This document shows positions 25,206-32,000 of a stretch of DNA of 32,000 nt, one piece after another. The position numbers were made by a program, and so were the translations under genes. The DNA is from Ilumatobacteraceae bacterium. Lineage in GTDB: Bacteria; Actinomycetota; Acidimicrobiia; Acidimicrobiales; Ilumatobacteraceae. Under the pieces are notes generated by a model. That model saw only the letters and a list, made by a program, of their open reading frames with translations. It was not told the DNA's origin and did no database searches. The stretch is from positions 426,549 through 458,548 of the forward strand of contig CAVOHA010000007.1 in the NCBI GenBank assembly GCA_963695475.1. The letters run 5' to 3'. Within the stretch, counting starts at the first letter, position 1; every line of letters begins with the position of its first letter.

Positions 25206-26309
25206 TCACGACGTGGATTGAGCCGGACCGTCGGTCGTCGCAACGGCGCCCGCGAGCTTGGCGGTCGAGCGCTTGCGCCACGCGACGAACGACGCCGAGC
25301 CGAGTGCCATGCCGGGGAGGAACGTCAGGGCACGCCAGATCAGCACCGCAGCCAATGCGTCGGTTGCCGACGCGTTGCCGGCGCTGACGAGCAGGGCGGC
25401 GAGCACGCCGTCGACGGTGCCCAGACCTCCTGGCGAGATCGGGATGAACGTGCCGAGTCGGCTCACACCGAACGCGAAGAGCGCGGTGGCGAAACTGGTC
25501 GAGGTGGCCGAATCTCGCTGGACCGCCGCCAACGCCACCTCCAGGACCGCGAATTGGGACAGCTGGACACCGACCTGCGCGATGCTGATCTGTGCCCACC
25601 TGGCCGACAGCAGCTCATGCGTCGACTCTCGGAACGACACCAGCGCATCGCCCCAGTGCAGCGGTCGATCACGGTGGAAGATCCGCAACGCCCGGTTGGC
25701 CACGCGTTCGGCGCGTGCGCCGACGCTGCGTGCCACCTCCCCACTGCGAACGAGCGCACGCAGCAGCAGGCCCACGATGGTGAACCCGGCGACGCCGCCG
25801 ATGATCGTCCACCACCATGTCGGCGTGTTGTCGCCGGTCCCGACCAGGAAGCAGACCCCGACCAGCGGTACCAGCAGTGTGGCGAGCACGTTCCACAGCG
25901 CGGTGACGCCGGTGGCGGCCGTCGCCCGTGCCCGCCGGACCCCCTCGTCGGCCAGCATCGAATACTGCGTCGGGAGGACGAGCGCTCCACCACCGGGAAT
26001 GCCGTTGCTCACCATGAACGATGTGTTGGCGATCCGAAACGACGCGGGATAGGTCAGCTCGGGTAGGGGTGCGCGCCACTGGAGTCCGTAGACCCCGACG
26101 CTGAGCAGTGTTGCGCCGCCGAGCGCGATCAGCCACAGCGCAGGGAGCCCGCGTGCTGCCGACAGGGCGTCGCGGTAGTCGGCGAACTGCGGCAGGATCC
26201 CGAAGAACACGACCGCCAGCGCGGTGATGGTGATCATGCCGAGCAGCACCTGCCGCTTCCGGCTGGGGCCGGTTTCGGCGGCCGATGCGTCGCTCAACGA
26301 ACTGTCCAC
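25206..26309 (-). CDS. Lysylphosphatidylglycerol-synthase-TM / flippase-like (UPF0104) integral membrane protein
   Basis: Multi-TM protein with a Gly-rich P-G-G-.G segment (SNGIPGGGALVLP and ISPGGLGTVDG) typical of the LPG_synthase_TM family. The start is uncertain. I chose the GTG at 26309 because the longer ORF would overlap the upstream patatin gene. Confidence 0.5.
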   Translation of the reverse strand: MDSSLSDASAAETGPSRKRQVLLGMITITALAVVFFGILPQFADYRDALSAARGLPALWLIALGGATLLSVGVYGLQWRAPLPELTYPASFRIANTSFMVSNGIPGGGALVLPTQYSMLADEGVRRARATAATGVTALWNVLATLLVPLVGVCFLVGTGDNTPTWWWTIIGGVAGFTIVGLLLRALVRSGEVARSVGARAERVANRALRIFHRDRPLHWGDALVSFRESTHELLSARWAQISIAQVGVQLSQFAVLEVALAAVQRDSATSTSFATALFAFGVSRLGTFIPISPGGLGTVDGVLAALLVSAGNASATDALAAVLIWRALTFLPGMALGSASFVAWRKRSTAKLAGAVATTDGPAQSTS

Positions 26310-26322
26310 GCCGAGGTCCCCG

Positions 26323-27159
26323 TCATCCGCCCGCGTGCTCGAGATAGTCCACCGTGGCCTCGCGTGCCCCGCCGATGAGCTCGTCGCTGTCGGTGAAGTC
26401 GCTCCACTTGAGTTGGCGCCGGTCGTCGGGTGCCAACGTGTGTCCGCTCGGCAACAGGTGCAGCTCGACATCGGTGGGGAGGTTCTCGTTGACCGTTGCG
26501 AACCGATGGCGGCGCGAGATCTCCAATGCGACGATGCCCGCCTCGTACCAGCGCTTCGGAACGGTCAGCTGCTGCTCGACTCGCCCCACCTGGAGCACGT
26601 AGATCGTGGTCGCGCCGAGTTCGATGGCGCGGCTGATCGGTACCGAGTTGACGAGGCCGCCGTCGTAGAAGTGCTCGCCGTCGATCTCGACGGGCGGAAA
26701 CACGCCGGGGATCGACGCCGACGCCAGGAGCGCCGGCACGAGTGGCCCCGAGCGGAACCAGGTCTCCGCGGCGCGTTCGATCGATGCGGCGACGCATTCG
26801 AACGGAACGACGGCTTCGTCGAAACGGCTGATCGGGAGTCGGTCGCGGAGCCAGTGCTCGAACGGGCCGTGGCCGACCAGTGACGGGGCGAGCCGCACCA
26901 GGTTCCGCAGCTGGTCACGTTTGCGTGGAACCAAGACGTCGTTGTCGGCCAGGTCGCGCCACGCCCGCTCGAGACGGGCGATGCCTGCACGTGTCGGATC
27001 GGCGGCGAACATCGCCCCGTTCACTGCGCCGATCGAGGTCCCCACGATGACGTCGGGTGCGATGTCGGCGTCGACGAGCGCGGCGAGCATGCCGACCTCG
27101 ACGGCTCCCCAACGGCCGCCGCCACCGAGTACGAACGCGACCGACATCGCATCGACCAT
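26323..27159 (-). CDS. Patatin-like phospholipase
   Basis: Oxyanion-hole motif FVLGGGGRWGAVEVG, nucleophile elbow GTSIGA (GXSXG) and a downstream D-G dyad region (YDGGLVNSVP). Confidence 0.85.
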   Translation of the reverse strand: MVDAMSVAFVLGGGGRWGAVEVGMLAALVDADIAPDVIVGTSIGAVNGAMFAADPTRAGIARLERAWRDLADNDVLVPRKRDQLRNLVRLAPSLVGHGPFEHWLRDRLPISRFDEAVVPFECVAASIERAAETWFRSGPLVPALLASASIPGVFPPVEIDGEHFYDGGLVNSVPISRAIELGATTIYVLQVGRVEQQLTVPKRWYEAGIVALEISRRHRFATVNENLPTDVELHLLPSGHTLAPDDRRQLKWSDFTDSDELIGGAREATVDYLEHAGG

Positions 27160-27199
27160 ACTTCCTGGTCGACATCTCCGCCGTGGAGATCGGAACGGC

Positions 27200-28057
27200 T
27201 CAGTAGAGCTGGTCGACGAAGGTCTGGTCGATGAGCGGCGGTCGGATGTAGGGCACGTTCTCCCGTTCGGGGATCTCGACGGGGTCGGGTGCGCTCTTCT
27301 CGTACGGGATCGAGTCGAGGATGTGACCGATGCAGTTGAGGCGAGCCCGGCGCTTGCAGTCGGAGGGGACGACGTACCACGGCGCCTGCTTGATGTCGGT
27401 GTACTGGAAGGTCGTGTCCTTCGCCATCGAGTACCGCACGTACCGGCGGTGTTCCTCGAGGTCCATGTCCGAGAGTTTCCAGCGTTTGAGCGGCTCCTCG
27501 TTGCGGGCTCGAAAGCGGCGTTCCTGCTCCTCGTAGCTCACCGAGAACCAGTACTTGAGCAGGATGATGCCCGACCGCACCAGCATCCGCTCGAACTCGG
27601 GGCACGTGCGCAGGAACTCGGCGTGTTGTTTCTCGTTGCAGAACCCCATGACCCACTCGACGTTCGAGCGGTTGTACCAGCTTCGGTCGAAGAGGACGAT
27701 CTCACCGCCGGCCGGCAACAGCGGCACGTAGCGCTGGAAGTACCACTGGGTCTTCTCGCGCTCGGTCGGCTTCGGGAGTGCCTCGGTGCGTACGATGCGC
27801 GGGCTGGTGCGCTCGCTGATCCGCTTGATCACCCCGCCCTTGCCGGCCGAGCCCCGGCCCTCGAAGATGATCAGGACCCGCAGGCCCTCCTGCTGCACCC
27901 AGTGCTGGAGCTGGACGAGCTCTTCTTGCATCTCGGCGAGGCGGTGCTCGTAGAACCTCTTCCGGAGTCGACCGTCGGCGTGGTAGTTCTCGTCGCCGGC
28001 CGGCTTCGGCCAGTGGGCGAGATCCGGTGTCTCCAGTTCGTGTTCCACGTGGTCCAT
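27200..28057 (-). CDS. ppk2: Polyphosphate kinase 2 (single-domain PPK2)
   Basis: Walker A-like FEGRGSAGKGG, then FDRSWYNR and a lid region (KRWKLSDMDLE), with PWYVVPSDCKRRARLN at the C-terminus. The ATG at 28057 starts MDHVEHE. Confidence 0.85.
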   Translation of the reverse strand: MDHVEHELETPDLAHWPKPAGDENYHADGRLRKRFYEHRLAEMQEELVQLQHWVQQEGLRVLIIFEGRGSAGKGGVIKRISERTSPRIVRTEALPKPTEREKTQWYFQRYVPLLPAGGEIVLFDRSWYNRSNVEWVMGFCNEKQHAEFLRTCPEFERMLVRSGIILLKYWFSVSYEEQERRFRARNEEPLKRWKLSDMDLEEHRRYVRYSMAKDTTFQYTDIKQAPWYVVPSDCKRRARLNCIGHILDSIPYEKSAPDPVEIPERENVPYIRPPLIDQTFVDQLY

Positions 28058-28118
28058 CCGCCCATCATCCCATCCCCACGGGGGCGGTCGTTCACTCGGA
28101 GGAGACGGTGGTGCGTGG

Positions 28119-28805
28119 TCAGGCCGTGACGAGGCGGAACAGGCCGTCGGCGACCAGTGCCACTCCGAACGCGATGGCCAACCAGACGCTGAACAACGCT
28201 CGGTTGGTCTCCATCCACGACTGGCATCGGGCGATGATCTCGGCGGCTCGGCGGCCCGCAATGAGCACGAAGAGGACGGTCACGGAGACGAGCGCCGTCG
28301 ACACCGTCACGTAGAGCACGAGCAGCGTGAGGTCCGCCACGTCGCCGAGGTCGGCTTCACTGATCGAGGCCATTGCCAACAGCGTCAGAACGAGACGTTT
28401 GGGGCCCCCGAACCCGAGCAGGCCGGCCATCGACACGGCAGCGCCCGGTCCGACTCGTTCCAGACCCGCCAGGATGGCCGCCATACGACCGGATTCGGGC
28501 GTGCCGACCGGTGCCGATGGCGTGCGGCGTTCGCGCAGCCCGACCCCGATGAGCGCGATGCCGAGCAGCAACGCCAAGAGGCCCTGGACGGTCTGGTGTG
28601 AGTCGACCCGCGTGACGATCGCTTCACCGACGATCAGACCCAGGATGGCTGCCAGGCTCGTCCCGACGACGAAACCGCTCAGGAACGCGACGCCGTTCGC
28701 ACGCGGGCGCCCACTGCGCAGCACGATCACGGTGGCGGTGAACACGACCGGGCTGATGGCCGCGACCAGGGCGTAGAACAGGACGTAGGCGGTCGCGGAT
28801 GTCAT
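28119..28805 (-). CDS. GAP-family / LysE-like small-molecule exporter-type membrane protein
   Basis: Starts at MTSATAYVLFYALVAAISPVV (ATG 28805). It has six predicted hydrophobic segments and resembles actinobacterial GAP (Sap-like) family proteins. The assignment is tentative. Confidence 0.45.
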   Translation of the reverse strand: MTSATAYVLFYALVAAISPVVFTATVIVLRSGRPRANGVAFLSGFVVGTSLAAILGLIVGEAIVTRVDSHQTVQGLLALLLGIALIGVGLRERRTPSAPVGTPESGRMAAILAGLERVGPGAAVSMAGLLGFGGPKRLVLTLLAMASISEADLGDVADLTLLVLYVTVSTALVSVTVLFVLIAGRRAAEIIARCQSWMETNRALFSVWLAIAFGVALVADGLFRLVTA

Positions 28806-28828
28806 CGAGAAAGGGGGCGGGGATTCGG

Positions 28829-29590
28829 TTACTTCGGGGCGAAGCGCGTTCCCGCGTCCAATCGTATGGTGTCGCCGTTGAGCATGGCGTTCTCGATCAT
28901 CGCCACGGCAAGTTTGGCGTACTCGTCCGGACGGCCGAGGCGACGCGGGAAGGCCGCGTCCTTGGTCAGGTGGGCGGCGATCTCGTCGGTCACGCCGGCG
29001 GTGAGGCCGGTCGCGAAGAGGCTTGGTGCGATCGTGTTGACTCGGATCCCGAGCGAACCGAGGTCGCGCGCCATGGTCAGCGTCATCCCGGCGATACCGG
29101 CCTTCGCTGCGGTGTAGGCAACTTGACCGATCTGGCCCTCGAACGCCGCGATCGACGCCGTGTTGATGAGCACGCCCCGCTCGTCGTCCTCGTTGGGATC
29201 GTTCTTCGCCATGTGTACCGCGCACAGCCGGTTGGTGTTGAACGTGCCGATCAGGTTGAGATCGATCACCGCACGGAAGTCATCCAGGTCGAACGGCCCG
29301 GAGCGCCCGAGGGTTCGCCCGGCCTTGCCGCCGCCGGCGGTGTTGACCGCGACGTCGAGACCGCCGAGCGCCTCGACGGCCTCGTCGATGACCACGGCGA
29401 TGCCGTCGAAGTCGAGCACGTCCGTGGGGTGCCACGTTCCGCCGAGTGCTTCGGCCACCTCCGCGCCTGCCGACTCTGCGCGGTCGAGGATGGCCACCGA
29501 GCCGCCGCCGGCGACGATGCGTTCAGCGGTGGCGCGGGCGAAGCCGGAGGCGCCGCCGATGATGATCGCTCTGAGTCCTTCGATGTCCAT
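28829..29590 (-). CDS. Short-chain dehydrogenase/reductase (3-hydroxyacyl-CoA dehydrogenase type II-like)
   Basis: Starts at MDIEGLRAIIIGGASGFA, the Rossmann TGxxxGxG variant. NTAG motif (VNTAGGG) and catalytic Ser ... YTAAKAG (YxxxK). AGAGGGAG Shine-Dalgarno upstream of the ATG at 29590. Confidence 0.8.
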   Translation of the reverse strand: MDIEGLRAIIIGGASGFARATAERIVAGGGSVAILDRAESAGAEVAEALGGTWHPTDVLDFDGIAVVIDEAVEALGGLDVAVNTAGGGKAGRTLGRSGPFDLDDFRAVIDLNLIGTFNTNRLCAVHMAKNDPNEDDERGVLINTASIAAFEGQIGQVAYTAAKAGIAGMTLTMARDLGSLGIRVNTIAPSLFATGLTAGVTDEIAAHLTKDAAFPRRLGRPDEYAKLAVAMIENAMLNGDTIRLDAGTRFAPK

Positions 29591-29762
29591 GACGTGTACT
29601 CCCTCTGATTCTCCGTCGGTTCGATGCGTGGTGTCAGGTCGGACCGTAGCCACACGGGCTGGGACGATGGCGATCAGAGTGCGCTGACCTCGTCTCCGGC
29701 AACTCGATCGGTCGGGGCGATGGTCGGCGACGTGGTCATCTCCGATCGGAATAGCCGTTCGG

Positions 29763-29791
29763 TTGCACATGAATACAAACACCTGTACGAT
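29763..29791 (+). promoter_or_regulatory. Putative sigma70/SigA-type promoter driving a leaderless DUF222/HNH transcript
   Basis: TTGCAC (29763-29768), a 17-nt spacer, then TACGAT (29786-29791), in the most AT-rich stretch of the window. The ATG at 29798 lies 6 nt after the -10 hexamer and has no Shine-Dalgarno. Confidence 0.35.
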
Positions 29792-29797
29792 CTGTGT

Positions 29798-31195
29798 ATG
29801 GATGGGGACACCATCAATCCGAACATCAACCCGGACAGTGTCGACGCGTTGCTCGACGACGTCGCCGGACACCTCAATGCCCAACACGGCCGCCTGATCG
29901 ATCTCACCGTGTGGTTGCTGGCCAACCCGTTCGAGTGGCAAGGCGACGGTGTGTGGACCGCGGCGCAGTTCCTTGCGTGGCGCTGTGGTGTGTCGGCGTC
30001 GACGGCGCGCAGCGTCGTGGAGGCAGCGGAGCGGGCGAGCGAGCTTCCCGAGTCGATCGAGCTGGTGCGGCGTGGTGAGCTGTCGCTCGACCAGTTGACG
30101 CCGATCGTGCGCGCGGTCCCGGCGTGGGGAGACGCACAGGTGGCGTCGCTCGCGCCGCGTTTGACCGTGGCCCAGCTCCGGCGGGTCTGTCGCGACACCT
30201 CGTGGAACTGGAGTCCCGGCGGCATCGACGCGGAAGAGGTCCCGGCGGCCGAGGAGTCTGCGCCGGGGGCGGACACGAAGGATGCTGCGGCGATCCCGAC
30301 CGATCCGTTCGCCGAGGCGGCGCCGCTCGATGACGAGAACCGCGTGAGCTCGGGGTGGGGACCCGATGGTCGGTGGTGGTTGCACGCTGATCTCGACGCG
30401 GACCTCGGTGCGCAGATCGAGGCGTCGCTGAATGACGCCCGCGACCGGTTGTTCCGCGATCTGAATCACGGTGGCGAACAGGCTCCGTTGACACTCGTGA
30501 GCGATGTGGACGCGTTCGTCGCGGTCGCTCAGGCGGCGGTCGACGTCGCAGTTCGTCGCGATCGACGGGATCGTTTCCGGGTGAATCTGTTCATGGATCC
30601 GACGGGTGCTCTGTTGACGACCCAGCACGTGGCGGTGCCCGACTCGATCAAGCGGCTGATCACCTGTGACGGGCGGATCGATCCGGTGTTCGTCGACGGG
30701 TCGATCCCGGTGTCGGTGGGCCGTTCGCAGCGGATCATTCCCGATCGGCTTCGTCGTGTCGTGCTGTTCCGCGACGAGCATCGTTGCCAGGTGCCCGGGT
30801 GCACCGCGACGCGCGGGCTCGATCTGCATCACATCATTCACTGGTCCGACGACGGGCCGACCGATTCGTGGAATCTGATCACGATCTGCTCGCGGCATCA
30901 TCGGATGCATCACACACACCGACTCGGGATCTCCGGAAACGCGGACCGACCCGACACGCTGCGCTTCGTCAACGCCCACGGGGTCGAGATCCGAAGATCC
31001 GGGGCGAAACCCACCGCGCCGAGCGCGCCACCGTCACCGATCGCGGGTGAGTATCAACATCCCATCGGAGAACGCCTCGACGGCCGCTGGATCACCTTCG
31101 TCCCACCCGACGACCGCGAGCCGCCCCACACCCGACACGACCAGGATCCCGAACACGGCGAGCCGCCCGACGGCGAGCCCGACGTCGCATGCTGA
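29798..31195 (+). CDS. DUF222 domain / HNH endonuclease protein (REP13E12-like family)
   Basis: The N-terminal DUF222-type region (AAQFLAWRCGVSASTARSVV, GELSLDQL) resembles the mycobacterial 13E12-repeat proteins. C-terminal HNH motif HRCQVPGCTATRGLDLHHIIHWSDDGPTDSWNLITICSRHHRMHH. Confidence 0.8.
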   Translation: MDGDTINPNINPDSVDALLDDVAGHLNAQHGRLIDLTVWLLANPFEWQGDGVWTAAQFLAWRCGVSASTARSVVEAAERASELPESIELVRRGELSLDQLTPIVRAVPAWGDAQVASLAPRLTVAQLRRVCRDTSWNWSPGGIDAEEVPAAEESAPGADTKDAAAIPTDPFAEAAPLDDENRVSSGWGPDGRWWLHADLDADLGAQIEASLNDARDRLFRDLNHGGEQAPLTLVSDVDAFVAVAQAAVDVAVRRDRRDRFRVNLFMDPTGALLTTQHVAVPDSIKRLITCDGRIDPVFVDGSIPVSVGRSQRIIPDRLRRVVLFRDEHRCQVPGCTATRGLDLHHIIHWSDDGPTDSWNLITICSRHHRMHHTHRLGISGNADRPDTLRFVNAHGVEIRRSGAKPTAPSAPPSPIAGEYQHPIGERLDGRWITFVPPDDREPPHTRHDQDPEHGEPPDGEPDVAC

Positions 31196-31307
31196 ACACC
31201 AGGTCGGCACCGGGGGTGCGGCCCGGCGTCGAGAACGCGGGTCTCGACGGGTTGTCGACGTGGTGAACGTTGTACTCGAGTGGCCCGCGTCGGCGTCTTC
31301 GCGATCA

Positions 31308-32000
31308 CTACGCGGGGAGCTGGATGGCTTTGGTTTCGAGGAACTCGTCGAGCCCGGACCGGCCGAGCTCACGCCCGTTGCCGGACGTCTTGTACCCGCC
31401 GAAGGGCGCCAACGGGTTGAACCGGCCGCCGTTGACCATCACCTGGCCGGTTCGCAAGCGGCGGGCCGCTGCGACGGCGCGATCGTCGGTGTCGGCCCAC
31501 ACCGCGCCCGACAGGCCGAACGGTGAGTCGTTGGCGACGGCAATCGCCTCGTCGTCGCTGTCGACCGGGATGATGCAGAGCACCGGTCCGAAGATCTCCT
31601 CCTGAGCGATCACCATCGAGTTGTCGACGTCGGCGAAGATCGTCGGCTGGACGTAGAACCCGGTGTCGTATCCTTCGGGGTCGTCGGGTCCCCCCGCCAC
31701 GAGCCGTGCCCCTTCTTCGATACCCGTGCGGATGTAGCCCTGGACGGTCGACTTCTGTGATGCAGACACCAGTGGTCCGAGGAAGTTGTCGTCGCTCGTC
31801 GGGTCGCCCATCGACAGCGAGGCGAGCGCGCCGACGGCCAGATCGACCACTTCGTCCTGCTTGCTGCGCGGCACGATCATGCGGGTGAGCGCGGTGCAGG
31901 TCTGACCGCAGTTCAGCATCATCCCGGTGATCCCGGCGGGAACCGCCTTGTTCAGGTCGGCGCCGTCGAGGATCACGTTCGCCGACTTGCCACCGAGCTC
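31308..32000 (-). CDS. NAD(P)-dependent aldehyde dehydrogenase, 5' end outside the window
   Basis: ELGGKSA (reverse complement of 31977-32000), the catalytic-Cys motif NCGQTCTA, and EEIFGPV and PFGGYK.SG motifs. Stop at 31308-31310. Confidence 0.85.
   Translation of the reverse strand, partial: ELGGKSANVILDGADLNKAVPAGITGMMLNCGQTCTALTRMIVPRSKQDEVVDLAVGALASLSMGDPTSDDNFLGPLVSASQKSTVQGYIRTGIEEGARLVAGGPDDPEGYDTGFYVQPTIFADVDNSMVIAQEEIFGPVLCIIPVDSDDEAIAVANDSPFGLSGAVWADTDDRAVAAARRLRTGQVMVNGGRFNPLAPFGGYKTSGNGRELGRSGLDEFLETKAIQLPA

Noticed and set aside
26323-27159. Patatin-like phospholipase as an anti-phage (CBASS-type) effector
   Set aside because: No cyclase/nucleotidyltransferase, sensor, E1/E2/JAB or other defence partners are adjacent. 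The neighbours are lipid-metabolism and PPK2 genes, and the protein is a plain 278-aa patatin domain without a signal-sensing extension.
29610-29640. tRNA-like GGTTCGA T-loop signature (cgtcGGTTCGATGcgtgg) in the SDR/HNH intergenic region
   Set aside because: The flanking bases cannot form the 5-bp T-stem (CGTCG versus GCGTG). No acceptor or anticodon arms can be drawn, and the region is too short for a complete tRNA.
29798-31195. HNH endonuclease as part of a restriction-modification or other defence system, or as a complete mobile element
   Set aside because: No methyltransferase, specificity subunit, transposase, integrase or terminal repeats are visible. The DUF222-HNH architecture is the common stand-alone actinobacterial family.

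Overview
High-GC (roughly 70% by eye, not computed) actinobacterial-type chromosomal segment. It is almost fully coding: I support 33 protein-coding genes and found no rRNA, tRNA or CRISPR array. All calls rest on motifs read from the supplied translations, start/stop geometry and Shine-Dalgarno inspection; no searches were run. In order: a 5'-truncated glycogen-debranching-type glucosidase, a CBS-pair protein, RNase Z, a GT4 glycosyltransferase, a small acidic protein plus tandem USP, a fucose/arabinose-isomerase-like protein, and a DUF1918-CBS pair. Two long, translationally coupled plus-strand operons follow. (1) 7545-15111 encodes PEP synthase, an in-frame fusion of an AcsA-type acetyl-CoA synthetase with a 2-oxoacid dehydrogenase E1alpha, then E1beta, a lipoylated E2 and a small acyl-carrier-like protein. 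No E3 lies in the window. This is the most unusual system here. (2) 16143-22687 encodes a group 3b (Hyh-type, NAD(P)-linked) [NiFe]-hydrogenase, hyhBGSL plus its endopeptidase. It is preceded by a HypC-like chaperone, a DMT/EamA permease and a conserved protein whose C-terminus looks like an internal HypC fold. A frameshifted tandem-USP gene sits between the two operons. Downstream are an NADP-dependent MDR oxidoreductase, a Ddn-like deazaflavin-dependent enzyme and a PlsC-like acyltransferase. A minus-strand string follows (SDR, GAP-family membrane protein, PPK2, patatin-like lipase, LPG-synthase-TM/flippase-like protein), then a probably leaderless DUF222/HNH gene and a truncated aldehyde dehydrogenase. 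The gene content (USPs, CBS proteins, AMP-linked enzymes, an H2-evolving-type hydrogenase) resembles a hypoxia/energy-stress island. Several short motifs recur in the divergent promoter regions.
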